Part shown: positions 22,900 through 33,956 of the stretch, piece by piece
How the letters are laid out: each line of letters begins with the position of its first letter
Position numbering within the stretch: the stretch's first letter is position 1
Source of the DNA: Antedon mediterranea
Taxonomy: Eukaryota > Animalia > Echinodermata
Length of the DNA stretch: 64,000 nt
Direction of reading: 5' to 3'
Assembly: GCF_964355755.1 (NCBI RefSeq)
Contig: NC_092676.1
Span: forward strand, 4,689,888-4,753,887
The notes under the pieces: model-generated
Told to the model about the DNA's origin: nothing
The model's input: only the letters and a program-made list of their open reading frames with translations
Databases searched by the model: none
Program-made: the position numbers and the translations under genes

Positions 22900-24160
22900 C
22901 ATTTTAGTGTTATTCCACTTTAAAAAAGTCGATTTATACCAATACTCATCAACATACGATATAACGATAGAATTTATTGCAACTTGTCCATGTCGTATTC
23001 ATCTACAAATAAAGTGTCTATTACCGTACTTTTAAAAATCTATTTATATCAATACCTATCAACGTATGTACGTGTGCATATTATATATACAAAAATATAT
23101 ACATCAACATAAATGTCATATCATCTACAGTCATTAGTGTTATTTCACTTTTAATATTAGTAAATCCAAAGGCAAAATACTGAAATAATAACAATGCTGT
23201 GGTCTCAATGGAGATACAAAAAAAGAAGCGAAAAGCTAAATCAAAACGATAAAGTAAAACAGCCAGAAAAGTTAGCAGAGTTTTCGGGCAACACTAGCCC
23301 TTCATCAGTGCAAGTGAGGGTACTTGTACAAGATAGTGTTATTTAACGTTTAGTCGATTTATATCAATACACTCATCAACATATGTACGTGCAATTCACG
23401 TCTACAATCAATAGTGTTAATTCCTCTTTTAAAAGTCGATTTATATCAATATACTCATCAACATATTTAAATCGTGTCCAAGTCATATTCATCTACAAAT
23501 ATTAGTGTTATTTCACTTTTCGAAGTCAATTATATCAATATAGGCCTACTCATCAACATATGTACGTGCAATTCACGTCATATTCATATATGATCAATAG
23601 TGTACAACTAATAGTGTTATTTCACTTTTAAAAGTCGATTTATATCAATATACTCATCAATAAATGTACTTGTCCACGTCATATTCATCTACAATCAATA
23701 GTGTTATTTCACTTTTAAAAGTCGATTTATATCAATATACTCATCAACATTATGTACCGTACGTGTCCACGTCATATTCATCTACAAATATTAGTGTTAT
23801 TTCACTTTTAAAAGTCGATTTATATCAATATACTCATCAACATATGTAAATCGTGTCCAAGTCATATTCATCTACAAATATTAGTGTTAATTTGACTTTT
23901 AAAAGTCGATTTATATCAATATACTAATCAATATATGTACGTGTCCACGTCATATTCATCTACAAATATTAGTGTTATTTCACTTTTCAAAGTCGATTTA
24001 TATGAATATACTACTCATCAACATTATGTACGTGCAATTCAAGTCATATTTATCTACAATCATTTGTGTTAATTCCACTTTTAAAAGTCAATTTATATCA
24101 ATTACTTATGAACATATGTACGTGTCCGCGTCATTCATCTACAAATATTATAGTGTTATT
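22900..24160 (+). repeat. ~87-bp tandem repeat in arm B
   Basis: GTGTTATTTCACTTTTAAAAGTCGATTTATATCAATATACTCATCAACATATGTACGTGTCCACGTCATATTCATCTACAAATATTA, starting at 23614, 23701, 23794, 23884 and 23972. Confidence 0.9.
23275..23311 (-). ncRNA. Mirror hammerhead motif in arm B
   Basis: Reverse complement of 18238-18274. Confidence 0.6.
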
Positions 24161-24164
24161 ATGT

Positions 24165-26156
24165 TTTTCATATTATCACTGTGCTCAAGTATATGAAAAT
24201 GACTATAGTTGAGAACAGTGTTAAACAGAATCGTGTACATTAATGTTATTTGTTGTATATTGTGCTCAAGTATACCAAAATGACTATAGTTGAGAACAGT
24301 GGTAAACGGGATCGTACATTAATGTTTTTTGTTGTATATTGTTAAGTTTATCCTATTCTTTATCACTGTGCTCAAGTATACCAAAATGACTATAGTTGAG
24401 AACAGTGGTAAACTGGATCGTACATTAATGTTATTTGTTGTATATTATTAAGTTTATCCTATTCTTTATCACTGTGCTCAAGTATACCAAAATGACTATA
24501 GTTGAGAACAGTGTTAAACGGGATCTCGTACATTAATGTTTTTTGTTGTATATTGTTAAGTTTATCCTATTCTTTATCACTGTGCTCAAGTATACCAAAA
24601 TGACTATAGTCGAGAACAGTGTTAAACGGGATCGTACATTAATGTATGTTTTTTGTTGTATATTGTTAAGTTTATCCTATTCTTTATCACTGTTCTCAAG
24701 TATACCAAAATGACTATAGTTGAGAACAGAGTTAAACTGGATCGTACATTAATGTTTTTTGTTGTATATTGTTAAGTTTATCCTATTCTTTATCACTGTT
24801 CTCAAGTATACCAAAATAACTATAGTTGAGAACAGTGTTAAACTGGATCGTACATTAATGTTTTTTGTTGTATATTGTTAAGTTTATCCTATTCTTTATC
24901 ACTGTTCTCAAGTATACCAAAATGACTATAGTTGAGAACAGAGTTAAACTGGATCGTACATTAATGTTTTTTGTTGTATATTGTTAAGTTTATCCTATTC
25001 TTTATCACTGTTCTCAAGTATACCAAAATAACTATAGTTGAGAACAGTGTTAAACTGGATCGTACATTAATGTTTTTTGTTGTATATTTTTAAGTTTATC
25101 CTATTCTTTATCACTGTGCTCAAGTATACCAAAATGACTATAGTTGAGAACAGTGTTAAACTGGATCGTACATTAATGTTTTTTGTTGTATATTTTTAAG
25201 TTTATCCTATTCTTTATCACTGTGCTCAAGTATACCAAAATGACTATAGTTGAGAACAGTGGTAAACTGGATCGTACATTAATGTTATTTGTTGTATATT
25301 ATTAAGTTTATCCTATTCTTTATCACTGTGCTCAAGTATACCAAAATGACTATAGTTGAGAACAGTGTTAAACGGGATCGTACATTAATGTTTTTTGTTG
25401 TATATTGTTAAGTTTATCCTATTCTTTATCACTGTTCTCAAGTATACCAAAATGACTATAGTTGAGAACAGTGTTAAACTGGATCGTACATTAATGTTTT
25501 TTGTTGTATATTGCTAAGTTTATCCTATTCTTTATCACTGTGCTCAAGTATACCAAAATGACTATAGTTGAGAACAGTGTTAAACGGGATCGTACATTAA
25601 TGTTTTTTGTTGTATATTGTTAAGTTTATCCTATTCTTTATAACTGTTCTCAAGTATACCAAAATGACTATAGTTGAGAACAGTGTTAAACTGGATCATA
25701 CATTAATGTTTTTTGTTGTATATTGTTAAGTTTATCCTATTCTTTATCACTGTGCTCAAGTATACCAAAATGACTATAGTTGAGAACAGTGTTAAACGGG
25801 ATCGTACATTGTTGTTTTATATTGTTAAGTTTATCCTATTCTTTATCACTGTGCTCAAGTATACCAAAATGACTATAGTTGAGAACAGTGTTAAACGGGA
25901 TCGTACATTAATGTTATTTGTTGTATATTGTTAAGTTTATCCTATTCTTTATCAATGTGCTCAAGTATACCAAAATGACTATAGTTGAGAACAGTGTTAA
26001 ACGGGATCGTACATTAATGTTATTTGTTGTATATTGTTAAGTTTATCCTATTCTTTATCAATGTGCTCAAGTATACCAAAATGACTATAGTTGAGAACAG
26101 TGTTAAACTACATCGTACATTAATGTCATTTGTTGTACATTGTTAAGTGTATTCTT
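24165..26156 (-). repeat. 106-bp satellite array 4 (~19 units, inverted)
   Basis: Mirror of array 1. Confidence 0.95.
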
Positions 26157-26798
26157 TATTCTTATTAATTGTACTAAATTATTAAAAGAAACAGTAGTAA
26201 GCATAACATTTCCCTACTCCTACATTAGCATGGTAGGACATTGTAATGGTCGCAGGTGGCTCAACTTTATTACTGCAATGGGATGGACATGGTCCTACTA
26301 CCACCTTACCATCCAATAGGATTCCAGTAAATTTCCTTTACTACCAATCATAATTCAGTAATTAAATGACCCCTTAAGTTAACAAGGAAATCAGCCTATC
26401 CCATTATACCGGTAGGCTTCGTCGTTACAGGCGTACTGCGGTAATAGTTGAGAATTCTCAACTAGCCAATTTGGTATATTTTATATACCTGGTGGTGGCG
26501 GTGTGGCAAAATATTTGTCTCTTTCAAAGTAATTCAATTATCTTAATATACTTTAACTTTAAATAAATCAATATTAAATAATTATCTAAAATGAATATTT
26601 TTTTTAATATATTTATATTTTATTTAATTGCATAAATATTAAATAAAGTCAATCTGTTATGAAAAAAATTAATAAAAATGCAAACTTGCTGACCTACAAA
26701 AACACTCATCCGACGTTAGCTACCATCAAAACAATATCAATGATGAATATTTTTACTACTAATTTCATCAAATAAGCTGCAGTGTTCACTAACTGAAT

Positions 26799-29700
26799 AT
26801 GTCATCTGAAGACGAAGAAATTCCTGGTAAAGTTAATTTCAATGGTCAATTATTAATATACACTACATTTGCATGCCTTATTGTTTTTGTAATTCTATCT
26901 TTACTTGATAAATCGCATTTGCGATAGCCCAGTCATTTCACCCAGTAGCCCATGCTCTTCGCCGACTTCCAGCCCCATTGGGCAAGTAAAAGTCGTTTCG
27001 TCCTGCTTACACTTACGATCAATTCATCAATACACTACGCTCTGTAGGCCTAGTATCAGTCAAGTTGCATCAGAAGTATCATTTCTCAGTCTCTCTGGAA
27101 TATTCAAATTCAAGATTTCAATTCAATTGAATAAAATTATAGTATTTTAATTTTATTATTAGATATTACTAATATTCTTCTAATTTCTAAATAGAAGAAG
27201 ATTAAAGAGACCCACTGCTGTAGTTTTCTTGATATTATAGGCCTACCTAGTCTAGTCTTGTAGAAGGTGAAGAGACGATCGGGGCCTTTTTTTATGTGCC
27301 CGATCGTCTTATTTATAAGTTATATGTTTGGCCCGACCGTCTTAGTTTAGTTAGGCGTTGGACCCGATAGTCTTAATCATTTGGCCTGATAGTCTTAACA
27401 TTGGTCCATTTTGTCATTGGGTAACTGTATATGTCTACTAAGACTAGAGAGAGAAATTGAAATTCAGTCCCTTTTTTAGCCGAAATAAATTATTATTTTT
27501 TTTTTTTATTGTATTTGGTATAGAAAAAAAAATTGTGTCACCTTAATTAATAGGGTAATCATAATATATAATATTTTATGGTGAACAATTATAAATCCAC
27601 TTTGTTTTCGTGGACCCAATTTTTATCCCTTTATTTTTATAATGTATGTGCCTGATCGCCTAATTATATTGAACCCGAACATTCACAAAGTTGGGCCCGT
27701 CCGCATGCGTTGGTACCCGAGCGTCTTTAAAAAAAGCCTGATCGTTTGGCCACATTCAATCATCCATGACCCTGATCGTCTGTCAATTATTGTAAAACAT
27801 CAAACTGGTCAACCATGCATGGCTACATGCACGGTTGTTGACCAACAAACCATTATATAAAATATACAGAGATGAATTGGTCATGCCAATAGACTTTATC
27901 ACCAAAGGTATTTAGGACAATTTAAAAAAATGTGGACTGATATATACTGTATCTGAAATCTTTTTTATTTAGCATATAAATAAATAGGACAATCTCACTG
28001 GAATCTCAGATATTGTCAATCCTCCTATAATCCACATCCCTATTAGTATTACATGCAGTTGTTTTCGCGGCGCGGCTTTAGCCAGCTATGTCCCAGGAGG
28101 ACATACTCATTAAGAAGCTTTTTCATCGCTGTAGCTATAGTTCTAAGGCCGACAGTTTTGCAAATTTGTAAGCTCGACTATAATTTATAGGACCCAGCTG
28201 CTGGACCCATGAAACGTCTGGCAAAAGAGGGTACTCTATGAGGGCTCACAGTTGAACGATTTTTGATTCTCGCCCTTTGATTGGTTGACGCGAATAAACA
28301 GATTGTGGAGGAATTTGTGTTGCCTCTAGAAGGTATTCAGTTGCATGCCTACAGGTTGAAAATTGTGTATTTATAGCATACAATTAACCAGGGAGTTATA
28401 AAATTTTATAACTCCATGAATTAACTAGTGAAAAAATGGGCATAATGAGATTCATAAAGAACTATCTATCTGTATTTTTGCGATTAAAGGACATCTTTTT
28501 AATAATTAATCATTTAATATATCTGAAGAAAGAACAATGATTAATTTTAAAATGTTGAGCGGCGTTTTTTGTAAGAAATATTTCTTGTTTAGTTTGTATT
28601 AAAACATTTTTTTTTTTTTTTCGTCAGAAACTGGTGCTGTCTTCACGTTTGGTAAAAGTCGATTTGATGAAAATGTACCAAGTAAATTTTGGATACGAAA
28701 TGAGAGAGTAGCTCATGTTTCATGTGGAGATGACCATACTGCATTTATCACAGGTAGGTACAGTATGCCTAATTGTTCCATGCATTTTTACAACCATAGA
28801 GTCTAACATTTACTGTTTGGATAAAATGCTGCCCTCTATTTGTATGGCAGGGACTGTCTTTGATGAAAAACCACACTACAGTAGAAGAACCCTTTATTAA
28901 GGGACCACCTTTGAAAACCAACAAAGTGTTCCCTTAAAGGTATCCTCTGAATAGAGGTTGGCCGTTAAAACATATTCATCCCTCTTTCGTTTCTTAGGAA
29001 AGTGTCTCCATTCATCTTAATAATATTCGTTTTTTATATAGCGCTTATTGCACAATGCTTCTAAGCGCTTCACATTACAGTATTACCCCAGTCATTTTTT
29101 TTGGACTAAGCACGATGGAAATATACTCCCATAACGCAGCTAGTAATCAGTGCAATGTTGTGTCTTGGTCTAATAACGGGTTACCCATTTATACACCTGG
29201 GTGGAGAAAGGCAAACATAAGTAAAGTATCTTGCCTAAAGGATATAAGCAATGCGGCGAGAGTTGGATTCGAACCGCGATCTCACAATCAGTAGTCGAAC
29301 GTCCAACACACTGCGCCACACGCCCTTGACTAGGAGTGTCCCAAAGGAGGAGTTCCACTGTCTACATACTGCCATATAAAATTGTTTAATAAAGCCTGGT
29401 TTCCATAAAATCGCTACACGACAGAGCGTAGCGATTCTATGGAAACGCTAGAATTTATCGGGGATCTAGTACGCAAGCACTAAATATTCTTTGGTACGCG
29501 TATACGATTCATCGCCGACAAAATCGGCAAAGTAGAACATGGTTGAACTTTGCCGATTTGACTTCGATGTATCGGGGAGCTTTCTCGATTGTGTCGGCGA
29601 CATCTGCGCGTGTAGCGATTTTAATGGAAACGCTGTAGTGACGGTGTAGCGTTTTTATAGAAACCAGGCTTAAATTAAAGCAATGAAAAGTTCATTAATA

Positions 29701-32700
29701 GACGATTTCAAACATACAAATTAATAAACAAAAAAACACACTGCTATTTCCTGAGAGATCTGAGTAGCAAATTCAATTTAATAATCAGTAATTTAAACTT
29801 TATAACTGTATTATTTCATTAAATCATTATTTAGATTATTCTACAGCAGTAATACAAACAGTACTAAAAATACTGTGTAAATTGTATGTTAAATGTATCC
29901 AGACCTACAAGTACAATACAAAGTGTGAAAAACTTTTTATTTAGGTGTAGACAGTTTCAATTTATCTATACAGTACTGTACCTACATAATGCACTGCAGT
30001 AGGTGAGAACTCAATTAAAATTTATCTTAGACCTATAAACTATAGAGCACAAATTACGTTTTTGATGTACATTTTAAGTTCTTGAAAGTCTCAATAACAA
30101 TGTGCTTATTATACTAATGATACAGTACATATTAAAATAAAAACTGTAAAAATGAAATTAATTTTACAAAATCAATATTAAAGTGAAAAATGTCCAATAT
30201 TATAGTTTTAATTTTTACAAACTTATCTTTTACATGACCTTTGACATCAAACACTTTTATCACGATTCAACAATAATTTTTCAAGAGCCATAAATGGTGC
30301 TTCTATAGATACAGACAAAATAAACGCAGCAGCATATGAAAGCACAATATTACCAATGAAAAAGTAAACCAACAACAGATCTGTAAAATAGATCATATTG
30401 GGTAAAGAATAATAGAAAACATACATTATTATGGGATGGAGAAGGTATGCACAGTAGTTAATTCGGGAAAGTGGTATCCAAAAGGACCAGGAGAGTAGGG
30501 AGTTTACTGGCCCACCATATCCTGTGACACATGCAAAGGCAACCCAACCAAGAGCAACAGCCCATGAAAATCGTGATAATGTTGTATATATAACTGTCGC
30601 TGCTTCATTTAATGGATTACCATGGAAATTGCCATAGAGACCATAAACAACAGCAAGAGCAATACCTGTTGCAGCCATCCATCCCATAATAGCTACATAT
30701 CGAGGCATACGAACACGATCTTTATATTTGTACAAGATGTAACCAACAGCCATTCCAACCAAATACGTGGAGATACGAGTCCAGGGTTGCACATATATTT
30801 TGCCACCACCAAGAGCTTGTTGATCAGTCTGTTGAGCAAATGCTGATGTAGTGACGTCATATTTTATGGACATGCCAATCAAACTGCCAAAACAGGCTAT
30901 AAGAAGAGCACTCCAGAGTGCCACGCCAACAAAGAAGTAGTGATACAAAAGATAGATAACAAATGGACTTATGATGTAAAACTGCATGTCGTTAGCAAGA
31001 TACCAACCCCATCCCAAACATTCTTCAGCAATACTTGATGGGTAGAGATTGTTGATGTACAAAAGATTTGTCCACCAGTACTTTTGGCAATATGTTGCTT
31101 GACTCTCCACACCAGGAGGGGGATTTGGATCAAAGACATATTGATAAAGGGGACCATTTGCAAAATGCGGAGTAAGAGTCGTATAAATAAAAATTACCAT
31201 CATGTAAACAGGAGTGAGTCTTAGATATCTGTGAACATAAAACATCAGCCAGTTAAGCTTACCATCATGTTTCTGTAAATATTTAAGGGTTAAGTAAGTT
31301 ACGAGCAAGCCACTGAGAAAGAAGAAAGAATCAACAGAGAATGTAGCATTTCCAACTGCTTGGAATGTAAATCGACTGAGTACATTGATAATTTGTGTTG
31401 AATTACGAAATAAGGTCAGTGTGAATGCGTAGGTATGCCCCAACATGACCCAGCATAAACTAATAACTCTGATACCATTTAAGGCACCTAGACTTTGTTC
31501 TCCTTGCTTGGTCTTTAGAATCTTACTACCATTGATCAACAAGGAAAAACAGAGAAGAATATTTCCAAAAAGTCCTACACTTCTTGCTGTGATTTTCACC
31601 GACTCGTGTTCGTGTGATGTATCGGTATTTGGTTTTGTTCCATTAGTTGTTGGAGTAACGTTGACACTGTGTTCATCTGTATGATCTTCAGCCAGTCTTT
31701 CAAATCCATCGTGTCGACTTTCTTGCTGTCTTTTCCAAATATCATAAATTGTTCCACTTATTATCATTAGTCCAAAGAAAGAGAGAAAAATCAAACAAAT
31801 GATTGCGGCAGTCGAGTATTCTGGTACCTTGTTGCAAATAACATAAGACACAAACAAAAGACTCTTTGGTTTTTTAGGTCCCAAGATTTCCATCAAATCA
31901 CTGTTGCTGCAGCTGTCAGGAACACATATTCCAATACTAGGAAGCTTAGTCTTTCCACTATAAAGTCCAGCGATGCAATATTCAGCTTTAAAATTGTCTT
32001 GTCCATCATCAATTTTCCGTGACTGGTTCAAACATTCGTCATAAAGTCCAAACCAAAATTGAATGTCACCTTGAAGAAGACCAGGGGGTAGTTTACCATA
32101 AGAGTCTATCATCATCAACGCATAATGTTCTTCTTTCAAAAGATCCAATTGGAATGTTCCTAAGTCCTTTTGACACTTACTTAAATGTTTGGGTGTCATT
32201 GTAGTTGGAATTTCAGTGACATTCATTGTTGTGTAATTTGTCACAATTGTTACAAATGTTGAATATTCTGTGACATTTGCAACTTCTGTTGTAGGTAGAT
32301 TAGTTGTAGTTGAAGTCGGTTCTGGAGTTTTAGTCAAAGCTGTCATTTTTACAGCATCAATTTCTGGTTCCAACACCTCTGAGTACATCAACGGTGTCAG
32401 AATAAGCTCATCCACAGCTGCTTGCAATTCCTCTGCTTTTGCCTGGTATGAATTGACGTACCTTTGTTTGGCGATAAACTTCATTGTGTCTGCCTCATTT
32501 TTTATAATGTGCTGTTGTCCTTGGCAGCCTACAGCCAGCATCAAAATAACTAGTAACATTCTTGTTGAGCCCATAATGTTTTGAAATGTACATGTATATC
32601 TTCTATATACAGCTATGCTTCCTTTTTCGCAGTACAGTACCTGTACAGTCAGTAGAAGGCCATTGACTGTGCTTAACAACACAGTGAGTAATCACAAAAT

Positions 32701-33923
32701 GGACTTATGTATTGGTTTTAACCAATCAGGACATTGATTGTGCAATACACTTTAGCCAATCAGAAGGCCTCATTGTTACATCATCACTGTGTGTTTACTG
32801 TATGCATGAATAGAGCTTATTTCTCTATGTTGCAGTTGTACAGTATTGGCTGATGTTATAGGACAAAAAGTGGATTAAGTATTGCATTGATTACACAATA
32901 TGTAGGTGACTGTGAACATAGTAGACAAGACTCAAATCAGCATAATATTACTTTCCTAAAAATGAGAACTTTTGGAAATAAAGGAGGCCGGGTCAGATTG
33001 AAACATTGTAAAAACAAATTTTCTCAGACTGTACTCTGGGACATTTTTATAATTTTTTTTGCATGATCAAATTTTATGTTCTATTTTATGCTGATTTGAA
33101 CAAATTTATTCAGAAAAATCATGCTGATGAAACAATCTATCAAAGAAGTGTAGATTTTGTAGCTTCTTTTTGTTTTAATTGATCATTAAGAAAGTTGGGT
33201 ATGGGGGGGGGGGGGGGGTTAACAGAGCGGCGAGTCATCAAGAGCAAACATGTTTATTTTTAGATCTGACTTAATGTTATTTGTGGGCAGTATAGTATAA
33301 TAGTGTGATAACAAATTAATTTATCAAATCCAATTTAAATTGTATCTGTTTTATCAATATCACACTACACAGTAGAACCAATATTAAGGGGACACTTTTG
33401 AGACCCAAAATATTTTCTCCTTAATACTAGGTGGCCTGAATAGAGGTTGGTCCTAGTGCTAAAACAGTTTGTCCTTGATTCAGTTTATGGGAAAAAGATT
33501 CCCAAAGGAGTGGTTCTATTGTTTTGTTTTATTTATTTGGAATTACACCTTTAGATCGGTGGCACACTTAGCACAAAGGTGCATCCTTCACAATAACAAT
33601 ATAACAATTAATGAATTACATTACAATAATACATACAGAAAAGCATGAAGGCAAAAACAACTACCAGCCCCTATCCTACCCCCCCCCCCCTCCCCCCATT
33701 CCCCAATTTAAATCGATACATACAGTAGATCATTACTTTACACAAAAGATATATGTACAGTATATAATATTAAATAATTATAAAGTCTGCATATTAATTT
33801 ATTCATATTGCCCTTTTCGGCTTTTATTTCATCTGTGCCAGCCAAACTAATTTTTTAGAGCATTGAACTTTAATAAACATATTGCTAACATTTTTAAATT
33901 CCTTAAGTTCATGTCCTACAAAA

Positions 33924-33956
<33 letters not shown>

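Larger units (their letters stand above)
20521..26491 (-). mobile_element. Non-autonomous foldback-type DNA transposon, copy B (inverted right arm)
   Basis: Reverse complement of copy A along its whole length. The inner terminus lacks the first 2-3 nt. It ends ...TTATATACCTG, followed by GTGGTGG. Confidence 0.8.

Noticed and set aside
15258-26156. CRISPR-like appearance of the regular arrays, and short ORFs within them
   Set aside because: The units are contiguous with no unique spacers, there are no cas genes and the context is eukaryotic. The ORFs are translations of satellite.
32575-32682. N-terminal extensions of copies 1, 4 and 5 shown in the ORF track
   Set aside because: They start at GTG/TTG codons and would bury the signal peptide. 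The downstream ATGs align across paralogs.
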